Notes under the pieces: model-generated | The model's database searches: none | Told to the model about the DNA's origin: nothing | Seen by the model: only the letters and a program-made list of their open reading frames with translations | Assembly: GCA_963514005.1 (NCBI GenBank) | Contig: OY740787.1 | Coordinates: 34,968,001-35,032,000 of the forward strand | Direction of reading: 5' to 3' | Length of the DNA stretch: 64,000 nucleotides | From: Raja brachyura | Taxonomy: Eukaryota | Shown: in pieces, positions 24,268 through 36,600 of the stretch | Position numbering within the stretch: the stretch's first letter is position 1 | Layout: each line of letters begins with the position of its first letter | Program-made: the position numbers and the translations under genes

Positions 24268-25864
24268 CTTTTTTTATCAGTCATGTGTTTTTGATGCCAT
24301 TCTTTACTATAACATGGAGGCATGGCTACTATATCGAGTGTTTTTTGTGTTTTTCCAACATGGACAAAATCAACAAAAGCTGGGATTTTTTAATCCAGTG
24401 AGAGCCCGAATTTGCATTTATGAAAGTATAAACTATTTTTTTAATCATTACAGATAGCATAGAGAAATTATCTTTCTCCAAAAAGTTGCTGAAATATATA
24501 TGGACATCAACACAGCATTCAGGTTTGAATATACAAATGTATGTGCATAGTACAACACAAGCAGTCTGTAATAGTTGCAGGACAATGTCTCTGCAAGGTA
24601 AATGGTCACAAGCATGTACTGGACTCAGCAGTAACTTCATATCAATTTTGTCATATGAGTTTTTGCAGCGGATGAGACAAGTTAAGAAGAAGTATATAAG
24701 GTTTCTGTTCTTCATTGTCTTGAATGGGCCAAATCAAGTTCAGATTGAGCTGAATGCCTTGAGGGAGGGCTGTTTTGTGATATGGAGGTGATTCAAAAAG
24801 TCTGAAGATCCCATGTCTGCTCAAACCATTCAGCCAGTGTGACAAGAGAGGCTGAGAACAGTTATGGCCAAATTGCAGGCATTGGAAACAACCCAGAGAG
24901 GGAAAGTCAAGGGAGGCAACTTTCTAATTTCTAAAGGGATAACAGGAAATAGAAAATTCCAATGTTTACGAGAAGTCGAAGTGCAAGTCAAAATGCAAGA
25001 CTGTGTGAAAGCAGAGGAACAAAGATGGAGGGCCTTGTGAACGGACCAAAGGAGAAACAGATGTGATTGGGATCCTGGTATTTAATAATATACCAAATAC
25101 GGCATATATATGTGAGTAACATAGTAGTTGACGCGTTATAAGGCTCTGTAATTTTAGTGTTAATAGTTAATATTTAGAAAAATTGCATTGCGATATGGTA
25201 ATAGTAATGCATAGTTATTCAGGTTGTCACATAAGGTAACACGTCATATGAAAGCCGTGATCCACATGTCTGGAAAGGATGTTGTGGAGATAAAGGCAGC
25301 TGAGCAATTTTATAGTTGAGAACACTGAGTAAATACATGTGTGATTACATTCGTACAGGTTGCTGTAAATAAATATATTGTATAATTCCATATCTGTAAA
25401 TATCTAACGGGCACTTTTATGCATGGAAATATATGACAGGCTGCTTCAATTTTTAAAGGGAAACAATGACGCAATGAATGTGAATTTATCTTTTGACAAT
25501 TTTTTATAGTTTTTGATATATTACTGTATTAGCTACAGGTGTTAAGTGAGAGTTGACTCTATTCAATAAGGTATATTTTGTTGTAAGTTCATGAATCTAA
25601 GAGTCATGTGATGCAAGAGTCCACAGTCATTGTATTAGGAAACTGATGTAAAATTGGAGGTTAGCATGTATATGTATCCTGTAGGAGAAGGCAAGGCAAC
25701 AATTTTAAATTAGAAGACAGAATGGACAGACAAGCTGGAGTTGATATCGAATGGTGATTGAGAGATCACAGAGGGGATGAAAATTATTTGATCTAAGTGG
25801 CAGAAGTGTGAACAGGAAATTTGGAGAATTTTAAAAATGTATTTATGTTTCTGTACCCAGGCAT

Positions 25865-26720
25865 CATTAGGAAGTTTGACATTTCTTGTCTATTATTAAC
25901 TTCTCTTTAGAAAATGGTGGTGAGCCTTCAACTTGAACCAGTGATCTTCTGAAGAGGGTATTACTATAAGCTGTTGGGGAGGGAATATTAGGGTTTAGAT
26001 CCAACATCAATAAAGAACCAACACTATACTTACCTACCACCCTGATCTGTGACTTAAAGGAAAGCCTGGAGATGGTGATGTTCCCATGAATATCATGCTC
26101 TTTTCCTTCTTTATGGTAGAACTCGTGAGTTAGGGGCTGTTGGCAGAGTAGCCCAAGCAAGTAATTTCAGTGCATTTTTGTACATGGCCCACACAGCAGC
26201 CACTGCTCTGGTGGTGGAGGGAATGAATGGTTAGGGTGGTCAAGAGAGAGCAGATGCATTGTCTTGGATGGTATCAAGCTTCTTGTGAGTTGTTGGCTCT
26301 GCAGAGAGCTGGAGAGTATTCCATCACAATCCTGACTAGTGAATTGTTGATGTTGGAAATGCTTCGGCATGGCATGGGTGAGGCAATTATTGCAAAATAC
26401 TCAGCCTTGGAACTGCTCTTGTCGCCATGGTATTTATGCAACTGCTGTAATTGAGTCTCTGGTTAATGATGATCACAGAATTTTGATGGTGGGAACGCTG
26501 GCATTGTCAGTGAATGTCAAAGGGTGATAATTAGATTCATTTCTGATGGAGCTAGTAATTGATTGGTGCAAATGCTATTCGTCATTTAGTAACCAATGAA
26601 TAAATGTTTTCCAGGTATTGATGTTTGCAGGTTTGGACAACTTCACTTGCTGAGGAATTGCAAATGGAATCAATCATTATGTAATCATCTGCAAATATCT
26701 CCACTCTGACTTTATGATGG
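25865..26720 (-). mobile_element. Decayed non-LTR (L2/CR1-group) element 3' region
   Basis: ggtggtgagccttc..ttgaacc, tgttggggagggaat and gtcatttagtaaccaatg resemble a common elasmobranch LINE 3' end (recalled). No intact ORF. Confidence 0.5.
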
Positions 26721-27639
26721 AAAATTGACCCAAAATGTCACCTGTTCCTTCGCTCCATAGATGCTGCCTCACCCGCTGAGTTTGCCGGTATAGTAAAGGA
26801 ATATACTAAAAAAATCTATGGGTAGCTTAAGGGTAAAAGGATGGCCAGAATAAGACAGGATACCATTAAAGATCAGCATTGGGCATCTTTGTGTAGAGCC
26901 ACAAGAGACAGGAGAGATGTCAACTGAATTCTTCTTGTTATTTTTGCAGAGGATAAGATCAAGGAAGCTAAGGAATTGTGGCACAGGAATTGTGATGTCT
27001 TGGATCATATATGAATTACCAGAGGAGGTATTGATGGTTTTCAGGTACATTGATGAGGATAAACACTAGCATCTGATGAAGTACATCCTTAAATTTTGTT
27101 AGAAGCTAGAGAAAAAACTACAGAGGCTCTTGCATAGATATTTGCATCATCTTTAGCCATTAAAGTCATTAAACCATTGGCAGGGAAAAAAAATTACAAA
27201 AACTCAAAACTTTAACATAGTGGCTGTAGTCTATTAGATTGATGTAAATAAAAATTAGAGACTGCAAGTCAAATCAAATATCCTAAAATGTATGCAGTAC
27301 GTATCCACATTCACTGTACATTCATGATCAAATAACAATTTAAAAGGTCTAAGTCTGCCATATTCAAATAATTGTTTGGATCTGCTATCTTTTTAGAGCA
27401 AGGGAAGCCATGAAAATAGTATTTATACAGCCAAGAAAGAAGTACATGGTAGTACCGAGTACTGGTGAGCACAAACCAAACATCATATTTGTTAATTAGG
27501 AGATGGGGCGGGGAGGGGGTGCTATTGGTAACTAGCAAAAGGCAAACCAATGTGCTCCTGTAAAGGTTTGTGTGAATTTAGAGACCGCAGAGTCAGCTTT
27601 GAGGTGTAAGGAGTAAAGAAAGCTATGTTATTGTTGAGC

Positions 27640-30400
27640 TAAGTAGGTTATTCAGAAGACTGAACTAACAATCTGGAGGCGTAGAGTTTAAATCTTGTCA
27701 TGGCATCTGCGTAGTTTAAATTTTATGCGTTAAATAATATCAGTAAGCTTGCATCAGTAATAGTGACCATGAAATAACCAGATAATCATTAAAAGCTTCT
27801 TTTGTTCATGTATGTCCATCTGAGAAGGAAACCTGGCATCATTGCCCACTCTTTATGTGATTCCAAAACCACAGCAAAGTGTTGCCTCTTACTTCCCCTG
27901 AGAAATGTCTAATGGAATTGAACGGCGTTCAATTCCATAAAAACTGCCACATCAAAACACAACAAGAATAAAAACTGTCAACGACTCAGCATAAAACTAG
28001 GCAAAATTAGGATAGGCTGGTGGCTCAGTGGTTGTTGCTGTCCCAGTGGCCTGATCGGAGTTCAGATTACAACGTGATACATTAATAATCTAGAATATTT
28101 TTTTAAACTACAAAGCTACTCATTAAGAAGGATAACCACAATATTACCGAACTGTCATAAAAATGCACGTGATTCACCAATGCCTTTCTTGGGAGGGATT
28201 CAGCCCAACCTGGCTTGTATAAGAAACCAGAACCAATGGTGTGATTGGCTCATAAATGGTTGAGCAAGCTATTCAATTAGCTCATAACTAGCAGGATGAA
28301 ATGGAGGAAGAATAAAACCAGATGGGCCAGCCTGCATTAACCCAGCCATAGTATTTGGATATGACAATATCACTTCCAGATCAATCGTCCTCACAACACA
28401 TGGAGGCTGGTATCTAAATTGGGAAAGTTGTCCCATAGACATGCTCATAGAATGATGTAGGAACGAACTGCAAATGTTGGTTTAAACCAAAGATAGACAC
28501 AAAATGCTGGAGTAACTCAGCGGGACAGGCAGCGTCTCAGGAAAGAGGGAATGGGTGACGCTTCGGGTCGAGACCCATCTTCAGACTGATGTCAGGGAAG
28601 AGGGAGATACATAGATAAGGAAATGTAAGGTGTAATAACAGGACAGAGGGGATGTAAATCTGGGAAAATGTAGTATAGATTATTGTTGGCTGGGAGAAGG
28701 CAACAACAAAGCAAACAGAAATAAAATGTAGTCGGAGACAGTCAGAATGGTCGAAGAACTGGTAAACGGGAGGGATAGAGAGAGGGAAAGCAAGGGTTAT
28801 TTAAAGTTAGAGAAGCCAATGTTCATACTGCTGGGGTATAAGCTGCCCAAGCGAAATATAAGGTGCTGTTCCTCCAATTTGCGCTGGGCCTTACTCTGGC
28901 AATGGAGAAGGCACAGGACAGAAAGGTCAGTGTTGGAATGGGAGGGGGAGTTAAAGTGTTTAGCAACAAGGAGATGAGGTAGGTTTAAGCGGACTGAGCG
29001 GACTACTCACAGAATGATATTATGCAGGCAACTTAATCACCTCCTTCAGCACAATTGCTGATAGTGACCTCTCCCTCTGGGAGAGGACAGATCCAGCAGA
29101 GGAAATAGCACAGTGGCATGCATGCAGAAGGGAGTAACCCTCTCAGCCTTAAACATTGACCATAACCCATATCATCAACCATAGTCAAGGAAACCTCCTT
29201 CTAATTATCACTTACTGCCTTTCAGCAGATGAACCAGTGTGCCCTCACGTTGAACACTTGGAACTAACATGAAAAGTAGCAGGTACTCAGAAAGTATTCC
29301 TAATGTCCAAGGGCGGGTTAGCGGTACTACCACCCCAGATTGAGTTCACCAGCTGGCAGATTGAGTCTGTGACTGAAACTGGGGATAAACCTACTTCAAA
29401 TAATTCTTGTAAATCTACAGCAGGAGCATCTGCCTATGTTAGGAAGGAGCGCCCACAAACCCACACACACACTTTTACTTTGTGGTGGCTATGCCCACCA
29501 AGACTACCTTTCAGTATATAATGAGATATTACAATCATGCTAAATGAGATAGACATAAATTGGGCACCCAATAGGCACTGTAAACCATTCGTATAGAACA
29601 ACGTAGATTGGTACAACACAGGAACACACACTTCAGCCCACAATATCCATGCCAATCAAAATGCCATGTTAAACGTATTTACACTGCATGCGTGTGATCC
29701 ATATCCGTCAATTCCCTGCATATCAATGTTCATATCCAAAAGCTTCTGATCTGTTGTAACTGCCACCACCACTACTCCTAGCAATGTGTTGCAGGCGTCC
29801 ACAATATTTCCGCTGCTCCATCTACAACAGCGGAAATGTGCACCGTGACATCTGCAATCTTGTGTTCCAGCATATCTGCCATTCTACTGTCACTATCAAC
29901 CTAGTGGGTCATGAAAAGCACAAAACATACATGAAACAGAAGTGCCAATCCTTTCAACCTGCATCACAGGATTACCTGCACGCTAAAAAACAAATTCAGT
30001 ATGCAATAGACCAGGCTAAATGATAACCAATAGATCAGATGAAAGCTCAGTAACCCTGTCAAATCTAGCCATTAGTGATGGTGGTTAACTACACACGATT
30101 AAGAGGAAGAGACTCCCCACGCTCAGTGATAGTGGGACCCAGCTAGTCAGTGCGAAAGGGAAGGCTGAAGCATTCAAAACCCGAGGTGCCCAATAGATGA
30201 TCTATCTCAGCTTTCTCCTGATATGCCCATCATCAAAGGAGCCATTCATCAGGGAACCTGATTCACATAACGAAAGGCCAAGATGCAGCTGGGAACACTC
30301 ACTATGGCAAGGCCAACAGCATCAGACACCACCTGAGTCATTGTGTTGAAGTCCTACACTATGGAACCAGTACAAATGTAAAACCAGCATGATAATCTGG
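27640..30400 (+). mobile_element. Decayed LINE 5' region (SINE-like head in two tandem copies, then AP-endonuclease remnant) with nested insertions
   Basis: Two similar heads (gaaggaaacctggc..tgtgattcca ~27825-27870; gggagggattcagccc..ggcttgtat ~28190-28220). gaggacagatccagcagagg corresponds to the R.DR..RGG motif. Interrupted by the PLE at 28457-29005 and a CR1 tail at ~29540-29790. Confidence 0.5.
28457..29005 (-). mobile_element. 5'-truncated Penelope-like element: GIY-YIG endonuclease C-terminus and pLTR with hammerhead motif
   Basis: Minus 29000-28797 translates RSVRLNLPHLLVAKHFNSPSHSNTDLSVLCLLHCQSKAQRKLEEQHLIFRLGSLYPSSMNIGFSNFK*, followed by ctgaaga-t-gggtctcgaccc-gaagcgtc. Flanking duplication ctcatagaatgat (28444-28456) / ctcacagaatgat (29006-29018). 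Confidence 0.88.
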
Positions 30401-32004
30401 AAAATTTATACGTTTTTCTAAATGAAAAATATCGAAGCCTCCAAATTAGCCTAATTACTAACTAAATGGTTTGTTTAATCTATTTGAAGAGAGATTACAA
30501 GCAAAGCATCCTAAAATTTAAAACCCCATTATTCTGCACTCAGCATTCAGTAGACATTCTGAAGAAATATTCCACCATTGCAACCCGTTATCACACTAAA
30601 ACACTGAGGCATAGAAATTTGGGAAGAGTAAGCCCTATCCTCCCTCAAGTCTATTCTAACATTCCAATTAAACAATAGCACCTAGATTTTGTCACCTAGA
30701 ATAAATTTTGAGGATTTTCATCTCCAATCATGAATCAGTAAACCATTGATTTAGAAAGTAAATGTTGTAAATTATATTGTTCTTTCTTCAGTAAAGCACT
30801 ACATTTATTGTCAAGTTGTTTTACATCATATTGAGCTCAATTACACTTTCTGCAGCAGAGCAACTAATAGTTTCATGCAGTGTATTAAACTCTCCCATTG
30901 TGGTCTTTATGTGACATGTATTTCAAATATGTTTTACACTAGCATGCTTGATTCAAATTCCTCAAGAAATATAAATCTTAAAATATCAAATATATGCATT
31001 TAATTGGAAGCTCGTTGCAATGAAATGGGTACACCTATTTTTTAATGTAAATATTGTCATTCCATCTGTAACGTCTGAATATAAAGCTTCAGAACAGTGG
31101 TCTTTTAAGTAGTTCTTATGAAATATGTTTGAATGTATTTTAACATTCTGTGATTCCAGCTTTGACTTGTCTTACACTGAAGACTAAATTCTGAGTGGTC
31201 TTGCATTTATAATCCTTTGTGTGTTGTGTTACACAGTCATTATTTATTTCATGCATTGTAATTTACACCTAACTAGAATTTCCTAAAACTGTTAGAAGTA
31301 GTTATCTGCTGTACTAGAGTCAATTAATTACAATTTTTACTGCATTATGAATATATTGAGTTAATATAAAAGCTACATGAAAAGAAGAAACCCTGGCTAA
31401 TAACCCTCTGATTTTAAATATGTAGCTTAATTAAAACACCATGTTTTATCTATACAATTGTGAATGCTTCTGCTGATTAAATAAAAGGTATCACATTAAT
31501 TATTTTGCCCCAGCCTGTTGTGGCATAGGTCGTAACTGAATTTACCCATTGTCCCGAAGTGATTCACTGAGGTTGAAGGGAACAAAATGTGTTATGGACC
31601 GGTAGTCAAATACTGACTGTCAATGAAAGTCAACCATGTAATCAATTATAATAATATTGCTTTTGCTTTATTATAACAAAATATGTTCTAAACATCTTTA
31701 CCCATTTTAGATCTATGCTTTGTGCAAGTGAGGAAGTGTATTAAAAGTGTGAGTGATCTAATTATGATTAATGGTTGAGTTTGGTGAAATTTAACTTACC
31801 CAACTTCTCCAAAAGGAAATAAAAAGGGTGTGTGCGGTTATCTAACTGGTACACCACAGAAACACATCATTCAAACGTATTCCCCTATGTAATGCTAAGA
31901 CCCCTAACAGCCCCCCTTCAATTGATCTATAATCAAGACCCTCTATTAATTTATCCTTCGAGTACTTATCTAGCTTCTCTTTATTTGGATCTATGTTATA
32001 TGTC

Positions 32005-32320
32005 TCAGCACAGTGGCATGGTAGTAGAGTTGCTGCTTACAGTGCCAGAGATCCAAGGTTTCATTCTGACTGTGGGTGCTGTCTGTGCGGAGTTTGTACG
32101 TTCTCCCTGTGACTGCATGGGTTTTCTCTAGGTGCTCCAGATTCCTCCCACATTCCAAAGACGTACATGTTTGTAGGTTAATTGGCTTCAGTAAAGTTGT
32201 AAATTGTACCTAGTGTGTGGGATAGATCTGGTGTATGGGGAGATTGCTGGTCAGTGCGGACTCGGTGGCCCCAAGGGCCAGTTTTCACACTATCTCCAAA
32301 GTCCAAAGTCTAAAGTCTCA
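32005..32320 (+). mobile_element. tRNA-derived V-SINE (HE1-like), near full length
   Basis: tRNA-like head, V-core (gtgcggagtttgtacgttctccctgtgactgcatgggttt...ttcctcccacattccaaagac...taggttaattgg), LINE-derived tail and terminal (AAAGTCY)n repeat. Confidence 0.88.
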
Positions 32321-33404
32321 AGCCATGCAATAGTACTTTCTCCACGCATACGATTCTCTGCATAAATAAGTTTGTTCTCCAGTCCTTCTTAGATTTATTA
32401 CTTCCTTGTACAAAACAACTAGTTTTGCTTTTTCCATATGTGGTAACACTTTACTTATATCTACCTTATCAAACTCCTTCATAACTGAAAGCCTTCTATC
32501 AGATTAGCTGTCAGCCAACTCTTCTTCTACCCACATTCATATCAGCTCATAAATTTTGCTCAATATCCTGAAAAAAAATTCTAAACTGTCAATTCTACAC
32601 CAAAAAAAGATAATGGTATGAAAACTAATACTAACCAAGTTTTAGATAGAAATTTGCTGCAAAATTAAAGCACAATTAAAGCTATTAATTTTATTTTGAA
32701 ATGTCTGAATATCAAAAGATTCTAGGCAAGTGATGGAGATAGTTTTTTTACATTTCAATTAATTACAATGAGTTATCACAATATTTCAGGCACAATATTC
32801 TGAAGCACATTTGCAAAATAAAATATTGATGGATTTATTATCTATAAACTATCCAAATTTTCCATGACAAAATTTGTCCAATTAAAGTCATGTAAAATAA
32901 GAGAACATAATTATTAAACTGCACTTCAACTAAATTCAACTTCTACTGTGCTTGGGTCACTGTAAATCTCTCGATATAAATATATGCAGTGATTTGAAAC
33001 TAAGGTAAACTGCAAATTAATTTCACTAATTTGCTCAGGATAATGATCTTGTATTCCACTCTGTTTTACAAATGGATGTTTTTTTGTGGATTCTAGGATT
33101 GTCGTCCAATTGTCGTTTATGAGGAAGACTATTTTACATTTAATTCTTAATTTCTGGGTCTTTCCTTCTGTTTCCTGTCATGTAATTGACTGACCCATTA
33201 AAAATATACCCATGCATTAAAAGATTAGGGGCTCACTAAATAATATTTCTTATCATCTTTCAACTTTTAGCTAAATCATTTCTATTGGAGAGGATTACAC
33301 AGCATTAACTGGATATACTATTCTCGACTGAAGCAGGTTTCACTAGGTACGCAGTGGAAATGATATGGACAGTACAAGCTCAACCTTAAATAAATAGATT
33401 AACA

Positions 33405-33665
33405 GGGGACAGTGCATGATACATTGTGTTAGCATACTGACCTGTTACATTTGGGACAGAGTTGAATCCAGTGCAGACAGATGGGATGAAAAATCTATTT
33501 TCCTTCCTAGTTGTATGGGTTTGATGTGAAATGCCTTTGGGCTTTCACAATCAAGTTTCTTGTGAGTTCAAACATAAATTGCCATTAAATTGGCACTCAC
33601 ATCCAGAGTCATTAGAATGGCTAACATTGGAAATGGGAAAATTCACACAGGTACAGCAGGGGTGC
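33405..33665 (+). mobile_element. Ancient LF-SINE-like element (decayed)
   Basis: GGGGA start, B-box-like gttgaatccag, then atgtgaaatg and aaattgcc..aaattggcact in the order recalled for the LF-SINE consensus. Confidence 0.5.
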
Positions 33666-36600
33666 ATTTCTGAAGTTGGTGTTAAGACTCATTAGTAGGA
33701 TAAAGTATTGGCCATAATTCATTATATGAATGGCTTTGTAGTGTTTCAATGTGATAAGGCTTGGTGTAAGTTAATTACTGTTTATTTATTATTTCCAGGA
33801 TTGAGAAACCTCTACTGAGCGTGTGACTGTGTAACATGTAATTCAGGATTAGTTGATGCTAATGATAGCTGCTGGTCGAAAATAAATGACAAGATTCATA
33901 TCGATAAACCCAAAACAGAAGAATAAAAAAGAGATTAAAAGTAATTGTGATGAGATTAGATGTATTGTTAAAAGCAAAATCCCCACAGCTTTACATTTGC
34001 CATATTTTTAATTGATTTATGACATGATCAAAATGATTATTTGAATATAGAAACCATGATAAATTCTTATCATTACATAGAATAGAAAAAAAATGTTTTC
34101 TCTTTCATCCTAATATACAATAGAGCTAAGGATTTGAGCTTCAAACACAATTAGCTTCCTGACATAAGGTAAGCCTTACAATTCTAAGGTATTTCATGTA
34201 ATTTTGTAAATAATTGGAAGTCATAACCTGAGTCATAACCTGACATTAGCAGAACTTAATATGCTCAAATCATCTGTTGTTTAGTACACAACTACGTTAT
34301 TATGTTTTATTTTAAATTATTTAAATTAACAGTATATATTTGCATTATATGTTTCATATTTTACCTAGGACTGCACAACTGGTTTGTTTTAAAATAAATA
34401 AACCATGTAATTAATTCCTATGCAAAAAAATTGGTCATTATTAATTTTGTTTCATTCGTTTTAATTAAGCTTGAGTTAAAAATTGTGTTGCATGTTACTT
34501 CAGCAGGTTACAATAGTCCTCCATCTATTTTGATCTCTGATTGCACAATCAAATATTGAGTTACAAAGATTTCAATCTAAGAAGTATTTTAAATATCATA
34601 TCATTTACAACTCAACCACCTTGGGTATGTGAGATTGCTAAGCCTAAATTCAATTGCCAATAGTTAAAAACTTCATCAGGCTCCAATCAAGAGCATCCAA
34701 TCTGTAAATGTTGTTTAATTATTGGACAGAAGTAGCATTGAAGACAGACCGCAAGATCTTAAGAATTATGAATAAGAAGGCAGTCAATTTATAATGAAGG
34801 CACACCCAACAGCAGAGAAGAGTTTCAAATCTCATTACAAATAAAATATGTATCACTTTTTTTTCATATTTTTGTGGGCTCATAATTCTACAGGGTATCA
34901 GAATGTTAACTACTAAAAATGGTATGTAATAATATTGATTTATGAAACCTTCCAGTATTGTAAAATCTAACACAAAAATCGCGTACCTGTTGAAAATTCA
35001 AATAAAGATTTGACATCACGCTGCCAAATGTATTTTCATTTAAATAAATACTAATAAACTTCAATCCACTATGTAAAATGTAACCAATATTATAGTGTAT
35101 ATTAATTCTGAACAACATTAACATATGCCACTAAGGGCAGCCACATCTTCTGCTGAAACAATATCGGTGATGTATTTTATTTTAAAGTTATTTTATTTTA
35201 AAGTAAAATGGAAATTATGTTTTGCAGATAGAATTAAGGATTTTTTTTGGTCTCCCAAGTTTGACAAGTTATTTTTTTGTCATTGTGTGAATATATAGTC
35301 TAAATTGGTCTGGAGTTTGTAGTTGTAGTTATTATTGAACATAATGTAGAAATTTTGTGGAACATCTTATTGTCCCAGTATGGTCATTATCAACACAGGA
35401 AAATTTCAGAATAAATATATATATTTGATAAAACAATATTATTTAACAAAGCCCTTCATTTGCTTCTTCAACGATCAAGTTTGACAGGCTTTTATTTTCA
35501 CTAATTCCGTCGATTCTGAAATGACAATATTCATCAAAGCACAGATATAACTAAACTTTCCACATTGCAATGTGAATGAATCCACTTAAGTATGCTTAAA
35601 ATTATGTTTAATAACTTTGAGTGAAAACATTTTTGTGCCTGTTTATTGCAATGCCCAATTAGATAGATTTACCCAAGAATCATCTAATATTGGTCCTTGG
35701 GTATCATTAGCATAAAACAGTTAGCTCTGGCTGCCAATGAAGGATCCTGATGACAGTAAAATTCAGGTGTTTTTTGAACTGATTGATTCTGGGTCAGCAG
35801 TGGCCAGCAGTATTTCTATGCAGTGTGCATATACTCCTTGTTCTACATTAGTGTTAATGAAAATAAACTTTACTTACCATGTATCAGGATGTCTTTGGGG
35901 GTTCATTCAAACACCATTGATTAGGCTACTGCAGTGCCTGAGAAACTAGTTGAGCTTGTCCAGTGTGGGCTCTTCTTAGCCTTTTTTTTTAACCAATTTC
36001 AAGGAGTTATCCGTAATCTGATGTTAACATATGCAAGGGTCTTGTTCCCTGTTTAAGGTGGTCATAAAGAATGCCTGCGTAGTACCCGAGTAGTATCCAA
36101 GTCATTACCTTAATGAATATATTTCAGCCATCGTTCTACCTTGGTTCACCACAATGATCATTTTTGCCTATTTTATGTCTGAAACACAAAATGATGCTTT
36201 TCTTTCCTTAATTTATCTGGAAATATTGGAAACATTCCTAAATTTGATGTTAAAATTACAATTATAATTCTGTGAGAAACATTGAAATTGTTTTACATTT
36301 AACTAAAATAAAGAAAATTGCAAAGATGTAGACAAAGGCAACAAACACAAATTAAGTGCTAAATAGCTTAAACTAAATGTTACTAAATTGTTGGTAACGT
36401 ATTTCTCAATCTGGAATTACCATCCCCCAAAAACAATCAAATTCATGCAACAGCTGGAAAGCTTAGTCTAATGTCCTGTACTTAAATGTGGAAGGTCACA
36501 GAGTACTGATCTAAGGAACTGTGAAGTCTTGCTCATCCGACTGTTGACACTTAGTAAACGGAGAAGGAGGGACTTGTGTGTGCATCTGCAAAAGTATAAG

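Noticed and set aside
31598-31611. 14-mer gaccggtagtcaaa shared with the en1 intron (~55765)
   Set aside because: Several exact 14-mer matches are expected by chance in 64 kb.
32005-32080. tRNA gene
   Set aside because: Decayed tRNA-derived SINE head continuous with the V-core. No intact cloverleaf.
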